Of a DNA stretch of 64,000 nt, positions 1-12,674 are shown in pieces. Made by a program: the position numbers and the translations under genes. Origin of the DNA: Mobula hypostoma. Lineage: Eukaryota. The notes beneath the pieces are model-generated. The model was not told where the DNA came from. It searched no databases and worked only from the letters and a program-made list of their open reading frames with translations. Location: contig NC_086097.1 of NCBI RefSeq assembly GCF_963921235.1, forward strand, positions 71,860,001 to 71,924,000, in the 5' to 3' direction. How positions within the stretch are numbered: position 1 is the stretch's first letter; each line of letters opens with the position of its first letter.

Positions 1-776
1 CTCCTGTCATCCTTTTGTTCTTCACATAATTGAAGAATGCCTTGGGGTTTTCCTTTACCCTACTTGCCAAGGCCTTCTCATGCCCCCTTCTTGATCTTCT
101 CAGCCCCTTCTTAAGCTCCTTTCTTGCTTCCCTATATTCCTCAATAGACCCATCTGATCCTTGCTTCATAAACTTCATGTAAGCTGCCTTCTTCCACCTG
201 ATTAGATTTTCCACCTCACTTGTCACCATGGTTCCTTTACCCCACCATTCTTTATCTTCCTCACCAGGATAAATTTATCCCTAACACCCTGCAAGAGATC
301 TCTAAACATCGACCACATGTCCATGGTACATTTCCCTGCAAAAGCATCATCCCAATTCACACCCGCAAGTTCTAGCCTTATAGTCTCATAATCTGCCCTT
401 CCCCAATTAAAAATTTTCCTGTCCTCTCTGATTCTATCCTTTTCCATGACAATGCTAAAGGCCAGGGAGCGGTGGTCACTGTTCCCCAGATGCTCACCCA
501 CTGAGAGATCTGTGATCTGACCCGTTTTGTTACCTAATACTAGATCTAGTATGGCATTCCCCCTAATAGGCCTGTCAACATATTGTGACAGGAATCCGTC
601 CTGGACACACTTAACAAACTCTGCCCCGTGTAAACTCTTGGAACTAATCAGGTGCCAATCAATATTAGGGAAGTTAAAGTCACCTATGATAACAACCCTG
701 TTATTTTTGCACCTTTCCAAAATCTGCCTCCCAATCTGCTCCTTGGTATCTCTGCTGCTACCAAGGAGACTATAGA
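1..776 (-). mobile_element. CR1 LINE ORF2 fragment (APE endonuclease and linker), running off the left edge and interrupted by a solo LTR
   Basis: ORF 223..789 has CR1 EN motifs IIGDFNFPNIDW, LDLVL and SDH. The reading continues at 1655-1707 (minus) as DTITATERVGNVAGSSFE|SVWVE across the LTR. Confidence 0.92.
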
Positions 777-1650
777 ATACTCCACCCATACTGATTTGTG
801 ACGAGAATACACATAAAATTAAGATGTTTGCTGGCCTGGGCTAGCATCAGTGGCATCAGCAGTTGGTCTGCCACCTGCCCTCAGGGGAAGGAGAGATAAG
901 GAACAATGGAGCAGCGTCTGGAGATGTGTAATGAAGGGACGTGGGAGAGAGAGCTGTCTGGAGCGGCTCCCCCCTTTGAACCCTGAACTGTCTGAAGTGA
1001 TGGACAGGCGATACCCCAGCAGGGGGATAAAAAGGGACAGGTTCGCTAAGACGGGGACACACGCCACCCGAGGTAACGAGACCCTGGAAGCGGTGCGCCT
1101 CTCACGAGTGGGTGAGAAGTATCAGACAACGACCAGGGTGGAAAGGTACGATCAGCGGGAACCCAGTGTGTGTCCGCCCTTGCCTGGGTACCGGGTTCAC
1201 TGCAGAGGATCGACCGCATCTGGAGGAGGGGTCACAGTCGGTGACCTCAGGTGACATCACCAAGGACCCGCCCAAAAAGTTGCTTGTGAGCAATCTCGCC
1301 GGTCTGTGAGTGAAGCTGTGCTGAATGATCAGTTGTTCCTGTTCTATCTCTCTCTTCCCCCACGTTGTCCATCGCCATGGCAACGATTACTGCGAACTGA
1401 ACTGGACTGAACTTTGAGTCCTTTTGAAATTTGGTCATTTACCCCTAGACAACGATAGAGCTTGATTGATGCTGTTATCTTAATTCTGTGCACATGTGTG
1501 GTTATCATTGTTGAACTGTTGCATTTATTATCCTTTCGATTACTGTTTTGCTTGTTTCTTTAATAAAACTTTCTTAGTTCTAGTACTCCAGACTCCAACT
1601 GAGTGATCCATTTCTGCTGGTTTGGCAACCCAGTTACGGGGTACGTAACA
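777..1650 (+). mobile_element. Solo LTR, 874 bp, probably Gypsy/ERV type
   Basis: Termini TGTGACG...CGTAACA form an imperfect inverted repeat. Perfect 4-bp TSD GATT at 773-776 and 1651-1654. AATAAA at ~1562. It splits a CR1 coding sequence. Confidence 0.9.
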
Positions 1651-1707
1651 GATTCAAAAGAGGATCCTGCTACATTACCCACCCTTTCTGTAGCTGTAAT
1701 AGTATCC
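1651..1707 (-). mobile_element. Continuation of the minus-strand CR1 endonuclease fragment
   Basis: The reverse complement rejoins 761-776 to give the CR1 EN motif ESVWVE. Confidence 0.8.
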
Positions 1708-2370
1708 ACAGATCCCTGACAGTTGCCTCACAGGTGGATAGGATAGTTAAGAAAGCTTATGGGCTGTTAGCTTTCATAAGTCGAGGGATAGAGTTTAAGA
1801 GTCGCGAGGTAATGATGCAGCTCTATAAAACTCTGGTTAGGCATAACTTGGAGTACTGTGTCCAGTTCTGGTCGCCTCACTATAGGAAGGATGTGGAAGC
1901 ATTGGAAAGAGTACAGAGCAGATTTACCAGGATGCTGCCTGGTTTAGAGAGTATGGATTATGATCAGAGATTAATAGAGTTAGGGCTTTACTTTTTGGAG
2001 AGAAGGAGGATGAGAGGAGACATGACAGAGGTATACAAGTTATTAAGAGGAATAGATAGAGTGGATAGCCAGCGCCTCTTCCCTAGGGCACCACTGCTCA
2101 ATACAAGAGGACATGGCTTTAAAGTAAGGGGTGGGAAGTTCAAGGGTGATATTAGAGTAAGGTTTTTTTACTCAGAGAGTGGTTGGTGCGTGGAATGCAC
2201 TGCCTGAGTCAGTGGTGGAGGCAGATACGCTAGTGAAATTTAAGAGACTACTAGACAGGTATGTATGGAGGAATTTAAGGTGGGGGGTTATATGAGAGGC
2301 AGGGTTTGAGGGTCGGCACAAAATTATGGGCTGAAGGGCCTGTACTGTGCTGTATTATTCTATGTTTTAT
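1705..2370 (+). mobile_element. CR1 LINE 3' end (RT C-terminus, 3'UTR, TTCTATG-type tail)
   Basis: ORF 1734..2207 reads VKKAYGLLAFI...LEYCVQFWSPHY...TRGH. Tail tattctatgttttat at ~2354-2370. Confidence 0.92.
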
Positions 2371-3179
2371 AGAAAATGGCAGAATCTAATGAAAGGTTAT
2401 TGTTCAGATACTGACTCTGTGTCTCTCTCCACAGATACTGAAACTCATTTATTATTATCACATGCACCAAGGCAAAGTGAAGAGCTTTTGTTTTACTTGT
2501 TATGCAGACTGATCGCACCAATCATAATTGTATTGAGATCATAAAAAATTCCAGAATATAGTGTTGAAATTACAGATTAGATACAGTGCAGGTAAACAAA
2601 TGAAGTGCAAGGGTCAGGACGAGTTAGTTTGGTTCATCTATTAGTGTATGTGAGGTCCAGATCAAGCTGTTGAGTGTTTCTGGCAATATCTGGTTTTGGA
2701 CCTGCTACAATTTGCAACTTAAATCTTGTTCCTATTCTCTTATTTGCGACAACCGTTCTCTATACCCTCATAATGACAAGGATTAATTTTTCAAGTGGCT
2801 TCTTTGAACTTCCCTCCTCCATAAGCTTTAGAAAATATAAGACTTCTTGTACAGAAATTTCCTGTACTGGCCTTTGATACCAATCAGCACATTATCAGTA
2901 AGTTATACTATCCTTTTCAGTCACACTGTATGAAGGTCTTTGGTTTTCAACCACTTTAGAGACTCACTACCTTCTGAAGAGTCATCTCCTGCCCCAAAGT
3001 CGAAACCAAAATGTAATGTGTGTTTGATCTTGCATTAATCCTTCTTTCCAACCCCATCTTTATTTAAAACAGATTAGTTGTCCTTTGTTATCCTTGCCGA
3101 AAGGTTTGCTAGTGCTGTTTGTGAGGCATTAGATTAGCAGAGGATGGAAACCACAGCAGTACACTATTGTGAAGTGCTG

Positions 3180-3765
3180 AGGACAAGGAAAATGATGGGA
3201 TTTCTTCAGTGTATTCAACAGGAGTTCTTGAAGCAGCTTGCGTAGAGTCCAACTAGAAAAGAGAACACTCTGGGCCAAGTTTTGGGAAATGATTTAGACC
3301 AGGTGACAGACCTGAGACAGAGTGAACGTTTTGGGAATAGTAACCACAACTCATGCTTTAAGATTATGTAGAAGAATTGAATTGGATTTTATGGGAAGAT
3401 ACTAAAGTGGGGGAATGCAAATTATAGTAGTAAATGGTCAGAATCTCTTCCCCATGGTAGAAATGTGAAAAAGCAGAGGACATGTTTCTCGTGTTAGAGG
3501 GGGTTGGTTTATAGGATATGTGAGAGGCAAGTTTTTTAAACAGAGAGCAGAAGGTGCTTAGAATGGGATTCCAGGGTAGTAGAGGAATCAAACAATTTGA
3601 TAGGTGTTTAAGAGGCTTTCAGATAAACACATGAATACGAAGGAAATAGAGGAATGTGAATGAATCACAGGAGGAAAACATTTAGAATAAATTGGCATCA
3701 CAATCAGCACAACATCATGGTCTGAATGGCCTGCCCAGTGTTGCACTGTTCTATGTTCTAGGTTA
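3180..3765 (+). mobile_element. Decayed CR1 remnant (EN fragment joined to 3' end)
   Basis: EN-like tract aatagtaaccacaactc, a 3' segment agaggacatg..., and tail ctgttctatgttcta. Confidence 0.6.
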
Positions 3766-4204
3766 TCCTGTGTTCTGGAATTCCTTCCCCAGTCCTTTAA
3801 CCTCCTTCTGTTTTTCACAAACATTCTATATCAAGTCTCATTGTTTCCCATTTTCAGATCAAGATGCAGTCTTGACCTAAAGCAATGACCATCCCTCTGC
3901 CTCCGCAGGTGCTACATGACCTGCTGAGTTCCTCCTGCTGTTTGTCTTTTTTGCTGTAATGTTGCATTGATATTTACCACTTATTTCAGTATTAGGAAAC
4001 TCCTCTTAGGTGAACAAATTTAATATTTTTAAATGCACTATTTTACGAACAATCCAACATGACCCTTTGTCTTTCTGTCTTGCAGAATGCATCATCAAGC
4101 AATTCCCAATCAGTTTTGGTCATTGAGTTAAATGGACAACGTAATTAATAAAATAACTTCAGGAGAATGAAGTACACCATTTGAAACATCAGCAGCACCC
4201 CCGC

Positions 4205-5355
4205 TTATTCTCAACACTAGCAAACCACAAGGCTGCGACCTCAGCTCCCTACTCTACTCTCTGTAGACACACACCGACTACAGCATGGCCAGATTCGACC
4301 CACAAGTTTATAGATGATACCACCGTAGTGAACTGTATCTCAAATAATGATGATTTGTAGCACAGGAAGGAGATAGAGAGCCTAGTGACATGGTATCATG
4401 ACAACAACCTTTCCCTCAATGTCAGCAAAACAGGAGTTGGTCATTGACTTTAGAAAAGTGGTCAGTGCTCATCTGCTGTTTACATTAACAGCGCTGAGAT
4501 CAAGAGGGCTGGGAGCTTCAGGTTCCTAGGAACGAACATTACCAGTAGCCTGTCCTGATTGAAACATGGTGATGCCACTGTCAAGTAAGCTCACCTGTGT
4601 TGCTACTTCCCCGGGAGATTAAAGAAATTTGGCATATCCTCTTTGACCGTCATTAATTTTTACTGATGCATCATACAAATCATTCGAACCAGATGCACCA
4701 TGGCTTGGTATGAGAAATACTCTAACCGTGATTGCAAGAAACTGCAGAGAGATGTGGCAACAGTTCAGCGCATCACTGAAACCAGCTTTCCCTCCGCGGA
4801 CTCCATCTCCACTTCTCACTGCCTTGCTAAAGCAGATAGCATAATCAAAATCTCAACCACAACATCTTTTCCCCTATCCTATCAAGCAGACAATACAAAA
4901 GCTGGAAAGTATTTATCACCTGGCACAAGAACAGCCACTATCCCACTGTTATAAGACTATTGAATGGTTCTCTATGATAAGATGGGTTTTTGACCTATGT
5001 AAAGCACCTTACTTTCTGTCTGTACCGTGCATTCTCTCTACTGTTAACACTTCAGTCTGCATCTGTTATTGTTTTACCTTGGACTACCTCAATGCAATGC
5101 TTCTGCCCCCTTCATCTCCAGTCCTGATGGAAGATCTTGGGCCGAAACGTTGATTGATTATTACTTTCCATAGATTCTGCCTGAGGTGCTAAGTTCCTCC
5201 AGTGTGTTTTGCTCAATATTTCCAGCATCTGCAGAATCCCTTGTGTCTTTGTGTGCGCTCAGGTAATGAATTGATCTATATGTACTGTATGCAAGACAAG
5301 TTTTTCATTGTGCCTTAGTATATATGACAATAATAAACCAATTTATCAATTTACT
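4205..5355 (+). mobile_element. Decayed Rex1/L2-clade LINE RT and 3' end, interrupted by a Penelope-derived fragment
   Basis: Remnants of GC.LSPLLYSL and DDTTVV at 4230-4330 and WYHDNNLSLNVSKT at ~4390. 3' tail atgacaataataaacc at ~5325. Confidence 0.75.
5100..5250 (+). mobile_element. Penelope-like pseudo-LTR remnant with decayed hammerhead motif
   Basis: cagtcctgatgg...gccgaaacgttgattg followed by tccatagattctgcctg...ttccagcatctgcagaat, homologous to 23030-23155. Confidence 0.75.
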
Positions 5356-5359
5356 ATCA

Positions 5360-5970
5360 ATGGTCATTGAAATTTAAGAAGGCACTGAAAGTTATATGTT
5401 GAAGTTGTATAAGACTTTGTGAGCCCTAATTTAGAGTATTGTGCACAGTTTTGGTCACCTACCTGCAGGAACGATGTAAATAAGTTTGTAAGAGTACAGA
5501 GAAAATTTACAAAGACGTCTGAACTGGAGGACCTGAGTTGTAAGGAAATTAGAAATAGATTAGGACTTTATTCCTTGGAATGCAGAAAATTGAGGGCAGA
5601 TCTGATTGAGATAAACATCACTATGAGGGGTATAGATAGGGTAGGTGCAAGCAGGCTTTTTCCACTGAGGTTGGGTGCAACTACAACTGGAAGTCTTGGG
5701 TTAAGGGTGAAAAGTGAAAAGTTTAAGGGGAACATGAGGGAAAATGTCTTCATGCAGAGGGTCATGAGAGTGTAGAATGAACTGCCAGTGCAAGTGGTGC
5801 ATGCAAGTTCGATTTCAACATTTAATAGAAATATGGATAAGTACATGGTAGGTCTATGGAAAACTATGGTCCAGGTGTTGGTTGATCGGAGTAGACAGTT
5901 TAAATAGTTCAGCATCGACTAGATAGGCTGAAGACCTGTTTCTATGCTTTTTTTCCCCATGTCTCTATTT
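5360..5970 (+). mobile_element. CR1 LINE 3' fragment
   Basis: ORF 5419..5775 has LEYCAQFWSP and LGLYSLE; a CR1-type 3'UTR follows. Confidence 0.85.
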
Positions 5971-6589
5971 TTTGTAATGTTATCTCTTTAGGGATAGTTT
6001 AACATACTTTTTTTCATATACTATTAGCTCCGTCGAAGAGATTCTGAAGAGGAATTGTTAAGATTGGGATAATGAGTTACTTCTAAAAGGAATCTGGTTT
6101 ATAAGCTGGTCTTGGTAATAAGATTCTTGGTTACAATGTTTAATTGTTATTTGAATAGTCAAGCAATACTTTCACATGCTGTTGGAGCAGAGTCTAGGAT
6201 GGCTTAAGTGAAGGGAGCAAAAAAAACATGAGAACCCAGTAGCAAAGCTTATGAAGAAAGATGAATTCTAAGATTCCGGATTATTGGTAACTTGCAAGTG
6301 TATCATGCTCCTGCGAAAAATCACGTGTCTCTGGCCCTGTTTTTCCAAAACCAATGAAATTTGCTTCAAGTAATTTCTGCATCTGTTTTAGATCACTTAA
6401 TCGTGATTGATTGTACAGTCAGTAAATACTTCCATTAACATTGAACACTGCATCTACTAGATTGGTAGGTTTGGATCTCGGTCTTTAAAAATCTAGTTCT
6501 CCTGTGTGAGATGCAGAGTTTACTGCTACAGAGAACATGGCTGCATTTGACTGAGTGTGGTGTTGCTGAGTCTTTGTAACATTGAACCA

Positions 6590-7330
6590 GTGGTAATTAC
6601 GGGGAAAATCTCCACCTCTCATGCTATTTGTGATTGTTAATCAGTCATCTCAGACATCTCTTGCATTAGGAACTCCTCAGAGCATGTTCCTGGGCCCAGC
6701 TACTTCATCAGTACTTACCTTCAACATAAAGTCAGAACCAGGGATGTTCACTCATTACTGCACATTATTCAGTTTTATTCATCATTCAGTTAAGAAGGCA
6801 GTCAAGAATAAGTAAAAGTGTGAAGATTTTTCAATGAATGATTAACCTCCTCAGACACCAAAGTCTTTCATCCATTAACAAGTCAGAAATGTAATGAATA
6901 ATCTCCAAAATGGCTCAAGTGCAGGCAAAGTGATCCACTTGATTGATCCAGCACTCTCTACTCAATAACTCCCTCCATTAAGACACATCTTGACTGCAGT
7001 GTGTATCATCTCCAATATACATTGCAGCAAACTTCTTCAACAGCATCTCACATTCCTGTAACCTCCTCCCATTGGAAGAGTAAGGGTACAAATGCATGCA
7101 AAAATTACAATCTTGAAGGAACCCATTAATAAGATAACACACCTCCTTAGAGATGTATTGGCAATCATCTTCATTACTGGTCAAACCTGAAAATCCTTAC
7201 CCACAGCATCGTAACTCTACTTGCAGTATAGGGGCTGCAGTAGTTCAAAGATTTGGCAAATCACCACCATTTGAAATAATTAGGAATGCATAATAAATGC
7301 TGGCTTTGCCGATGAGCCTTACATTACAAG
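6590..7330 (+). mobile_element. Highly decayed non-LTR retrotransposon 3' part
   Basis: RT-like ggaactcctcagagcatgttcctgggcccag. The 3' motif gcagtagttcaaag...caccacc...aataaatgctggc recurs at ~24195-24260. Confidence 0.45.
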
Positions 7331-7544
7331 AGAAAACAAACATAAAATAAATGGGAAGTGGTTGGAGTTGTATCTAGACTGTAGTTTCACATATATCTGT
7401 TTCAGCAGAAATCCAGTAACGAGTGCAATCTGAATCAGAAATGCTTAGTCTCATTCTACACTTTCATATGTCTCATATATTGCATTTCAGGATTGCAATG
7501 ATCATGAAAAACTGGAATTGGTCTTTGTACAATACAGATATGTG

Positions 7545-8100
7545 GAATATTATAGAACTTCCCAGCATAGAAATTGTCCATGCCAATGAACATTTATGTC
7601 TAAACTAGTCTCATTTGCCTGTGTTTGTCCCATATCCCTCTAAACCTTTCCTATTCATATACCTGCCCAAATGTTCTTTAACAATTTTAATTGTCCCTGT
7701 CTCCTCTGGCAGTTTGTTCAATATACCTAGAACTCTGTGTGAAAAAGTTTCCCCTCAGATCTTCTTTGCTTCCTTCCCATCTCACCTTAAACTTATCCCC
7801 CATTGTATTAGAATCCTTATTGTCTTTGACTGTGACTTCCTATCCTACCTATGCCCCTAATAATTTAATAAACCTCTAGAAGAATACTTTTTAGCCTCCT
7901 TCGTTCCTCGGACTATCCAATTTCTCCCTTAACTCAAGTCCTCCAGTCCAGGCAACGTATTTGTGAAACATCTGTAATTTGGCCAGAATTGTACAGAGTA
8001 CCCCTAGTGCAGTCTAACCAACATGTTGTAAACACTGTATCATGACAACACAACTCTTGCATTCAGTACCATGGTTGATGAAGGCAAGCATTCTACCCTG
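7545..8100 (-). mobile_element. Decayed CR1 3' fragment
   Basis: Antisense CR1 motifs ccatatccctctaaacctttcctattcat and ccagaattgtacagagtac. Confidence 0.7.
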
Positions 8101-10015
8101 GGTATGAATAAACAATATTCAGCTGTTTGAGATGAGACGGTGCCTTTAACTGTTTTCCTTTATTCTATTAATGAATGTACTTCATATTAGTCAGAAATGT
8201 CCATTGATATCTCTTCAGTAAACTCAATAAAAGAATTTACTAGGTAGAGAACGAGGAAGGTAGTCTGTGAGCAGCAGGTAGTATCATCCAATAAGCTGTT
8301 AGATTTTAAGTGGATTTTGATTGTCTTTAAGCAGTGGACCATTAACTAAACTGTTCCAATTTCAACACAGTCTTCAAACTATTAATCATTGTATGTTGAA
8401 ATCTTTAGGCTTGCTTCAGTTACTTCCTCATTTGAAAATTATGTTTCAAAGACATAATGGCTTCAGAATCAAGTATATAAGAAATGATTTGTCAAGTTAA
8501 TACATGCAGGAATGTGGGACATCACATTTAACACAACAAAAGTCTATTTGTAGCACCACACGTAATACTTTTGATCAAAATTGGCAATGTGGAAAGATTA
8601 CATGGCAAGAAAGGTAATTGGAGAATTCTGTTTCAGTAACAAATGTATTTCAGCTTATTGTGTACAGGATGCTGCAAATGCGGTATTTAATATCTCCAGT
8701 ACAGTAATCCGCAATTACTATGCTAAGTGGGTGAAGCCATGAATTTGTTTCGGTCTTTGCTGCCACAAATTTGGAGTTCAGATTAGGGAGGATCTGTGTT
8801 ATTGAGCCTTTGCTGTGACCAGGGGCAAGGATAGGCAGTTCAGAGGGGTGTATCACAGCCAGGCACTGGAGTAATTATGGGAGGAGGAAGGACATTGGTA
8901 GGATATTGCCTAGGTGGAAGAGAATGCCATAACTGCAATCTTGGGGAATCTTGGAGTTGTAAGAAATACTGGCAGAGCTGAGGAAGGGATTGCAGGGTTG
9001 TATGAGGGCAGAGCTGGTGCAGGCCAGAGTTAGTAGCAGAATATCAATGGTAAGCACATGAGTTTGGTAGCACCAGCGACCAGTGTTCCACTTAGAACAG
9101 CAAGTCACTTGGGATGGACCAGCAATGGAAGCTTCCTTCTCCAGGAGCTGCTGAAGTGAATTTCATGTAGTAAGCAAGGTAGATTCATTCCAAGAAGTGT
9201 TGACTTTTCAAATTGACATGAAACCAGCTAGAAGTGAATACTGTTGCATTGCACGGCAGAGAAAAGCGACTTTTATTTGCATAAAGTTGAAAAAAAGGAG
9301 AGATGCACAAGGGGAGATTTGAGCCAAGAAGAGACTGTATGCTTAAGTGAGTGTGTAGACTGGGAATGGGGCAGTAATTACAGCAAAATATGAACAGTTC
9401 AAGCAGTCAGCTCCAATCTGCTGATTTTTGCATTTAATTTGAGTGTATTAGACTGCTCAGGGAACATGGGCTGCTATTGCAGTGTTATAGCAATGAAATG
9501 TAAAACAGATTTTAGATTTACCAGCAGTCTTGAAAATCATGACTGAAAGCCAAATGCGAATATCAAGAAAACTGGAGACACAGGAGATAGCAGATGCTGG
9601 AATCTGGAGCAAAAAAACAAACTGCAGGAGAAACTTAGTGTGTCTTGTAGCATCTGTGGAAACAGAGGGATAGTCAATGTTGTGCATTAAGACTGTGCGT
9701 CAGGATTCAAGAAAATTCAATTGACCGGTGAAAACCAATGGTGATATTTCATTAAACATCCAGTACTCTCTGCTGCTTTTGTCTATGAATGGAAAACATA
9801 TGTTCTCAGTAACTTGTCGAGGATTTATTTAAAGATTTTTTGAATTACATCTGGCTGGACAGCATTTTGGAAGCTGAATCCTGGTTGAAGCAATGTTGGC
9901 TTCATTTGAGCTCTTTAAAGGGTGGATGGCCGTGGGGATATAGAACTTGCAGCAGCCTCTACTCACGTCATTGGGTGTAGAGGCAGGGAATGTGCCTCCT
10001 CTTCATGTCAGAAGT

Positions 10016-10655
10016 CCACCTACACTCTGTCCGCCAGAGAAGGCAGGATCTCCCAGTGGCCACATATTTTAATTCCACATCCCATTCCCATTCTGATATG
10101 TCTATCCACGGCCTCCTCTACTGTCAACATGAAGCCACACTCAGGTTGGAGGAACAACACCTTATATTTCGTCTGGGTAACCTCCAACCTGATGGCATGA
10201 ACTTTGACTTTTCTAACTTCCATTAGTGCCCCATCTCCCCTTCACACCCTATCCCTAATTTATTTATTTATTTATTTATTTATTTATTCATTCATTCCCC
10301 CCTTTTTCCTCTCTCTTTTTTCTCCCTCTGTCCCTCTCACTATAAGTCCTTCCCATCTTCTGGGCTTCCCCCCCCTTTTCTTTCACCCTAGGCCTCCCGT
10401 CCCATGATCCTTTCCCTTCACCAGCCTCGTATCCCTTTTGCCAATCAACTTTCCAGCTCTTAGCTCCATCCCTCCCTCTCCTGTCTTCTCCTATCATTTT
10501 GGATCTCCCCCTCCCTCTCCCACTTTCAAATCTCATACTATCTCTTCTTTCAGTTAGTCCTGACGAAGGGTCTCAGCCCAAAATGTCGACTGTACCTCTT
10601 CCCATAGATGCTGCCTGGCCTGCTGCATTCACCAGCATTTTTTGTGTGTGTTGCT
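10016..10655 (+). mobile_element. Penelope-like element 3' fragment (GIY-YIG C-terminus and pseudo-LTR)
   Basis: ORF 9990..10226 (HLHSVRQRRQDLPVATYFN...LEEQHLIFRLGNLQPDGMN) closely matches 22530-22734. A hammerhead-like motif lies at 10555-10592 with GAAA mutated to AAAA. Confidence 0.9.
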
Positions 10656-10689
10656 CCATTAGGAGTGTTGGGTTGTCACATCAGCTGCT

Positions 10690-11312
10690 GGCAGGAGGAG
10701 AAGATGGCAGCGCACCTGCGTGTGCGCAGCCCTCTGGTGAAAAATGATATTGTATCTGTTAGATAGGGGCCGTGGACAATTCTGATTTGATGGAGAATGG
10801 ACGTGAAAGCACAGAGGAACATCTGGAGAAATTTCTGAAATGCCTGTTCGCTGCTGTCATTACTGTGTGGTCGGGAATCTTTTGGAGGGTAGGCCTCAAA
10901 ATCCCCGGCCTTGCCTGCTTTTGGCGACCAAGAAGGAGGTCAAATTGTTCGGATAGAGATGGCGCTCAGTACTCGGTGTCAGAGAGCCGATCAGAGCTCG
11001 AAGTTTTCGGATGACTCAGAGTTGGATTGTGGTCAGCATGGCAGGGAGAGTTTTTCTTCCTTCTCCCGTCTGCGTGAGATGTGGAACATTTGAGAAACTT
11101 TGAACTTTACTGTGCTCATGGACTTCATCATCAAGTTATGGTATTGTTGCACCATCGTAACTATATGTTATAATTATGTGGTTTTGTCAGTTTTTTCAGT
11201 CTTGGTCTGTCCTGTGTTTTGTAATATCACACCGGAGGAAATAATGTATCATTTCTTAATGCATGCATTACTAAATGACAATAAAAGAGGACTACGTGTC
11301 TTCATAATCATA
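10690..11312 (+). mobile_element. Putative non-autonomous retroelement with a Rex1/L2-like 3' tail
   Basis: CpG-retaining non-coding body that starts near AAGATGGC and ends aatgacaataaaagagg...cataatcataa. Confidence 0.5.
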
Positions 11313-12331
11313 AAATGTCTGCTGCCTTCTACAACATAATTTGATCTCAGTGCCACAGGTTACCCACAGGAGATTGTCAATATACCACCATGATTAACTT
11401 AGATCTTGATCCATGGTCTCCTAGTTCAATAATCCATAAACGCAGAAGAAGGGTGACTAATGGTTAATTCATTTGTACCAGTAATTCTTTGAAGATGGTC
11501 AGCAATGACAGCAGTCAGAGTCCCTGGCTTTTCAAGTTTGCATCAGAGGCTGGCTTTAGGAGAATGACTTTATTTCACCCTCATTACACCTGCCAAGATA
11601 ATTACTGTGATTAGAAATGTAAAAGAGCATGGCGACTTCAGAGACTTGTTCCACCAGGTCAACTGGTGTCATTTATGGTACAGAGGTGACAACCAACATG
11701 CACCCTGATCTACCCTGAATATTCAGCAACCACAGGGCTTCTGGTTTGTTGATATGGAGACATTTATAACGAAACATTTAAGCTGTTGTGCAATGGGTTC
11801 TTACAGAGCTCTACAAAGCTTTAATTCTGCGATGGAATCTAATCTAATCCTGCAGGCAGATTTAACGGTGTGTGCTTTGGGAAAAGAGATACCTGCTTTA
11901 GTCCCCAGATGAGCATTCTGAACCATGACACCCTGTCGTTCTGCAGCAAATGTAGCATGTCATCAGGTGTTTGAATGAACAAAGCATTAACTGAGTATGT
12001 GATTACAATTAATGCTTAACGTACGTCTGAGATGCACAATGGCTGGATTCTATTAAGAACTTTTGGAAAACTATGGTGAAAGAAGTAGCTGCGGGAATAT
12101 TGGACATGATGCGAGGTGAGTAAAGCGAAGGTATTACAGAGGCTGGTTATACTCTGAGCAATTAAGTCACCATGTCCAGATTAAAAGCTGCTTAAGATTC
12201 AGAAGGAGACATTGCAGAAGTGCTTGTAACAATCTTCCATTCCTTCTTATATAAAGGGTGATATCAAAGGTCTGGAGAATTAGGAATACTCGAAAAGGGA
12301 AAGAAAACATAAACGTGGCATGAACAGATGT

Positions 12332-12414
12332 AGGGTCTCGGCCCGAAACATCGACTGTACCTCTTCTTAGAGATGCTGCCTGGCTGTTCACCAGCAACTT
12401 TGATGTGTGTTGTC
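12332..12414 (+). mobile_element. Penelope pseudo-LTR remnant (3' half of the hammerhead motif)
   Basis: agggtctcggcccgaaacatcgactgtacctctt...gttcaccagcaactttgatgtgtgttg matches 23042-23128. Confidence 0.85.
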
Positions 12415-12674
12415 AGAATATATAATTCACACTAATCATGTACAAGAAGTAAAATAATGAGAGGGAAATAGCAAAGGAATTAAGAGAGATAACGCATCAA
12501 AAAGAAAAAAAAGCTGACAAATATTTAATTTAAACTGGAGAAAGCATTTTGTTTTCAAACAATGTCTGCAATTTACCATATTGTGTGCATCTCAACATTA
12601 GCAAGGCAAAATGGGCAAACTCCTTCATTAGTACATTAGCACACAAAATTGGCAAAGAGCAGATACTAACGTAA

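Noticed and set aside
819..1438. Several overlapping 60-134 aa ORFs
   Set aside because: They all lie inside the solo LTR, show no protein motifs, and are expected by chance in GC-richer sequence.
8800..9160. Purine-rich tract resembling antisense L2 ORF2
   Set aside because: The similarity is too weak to support without an alignment.
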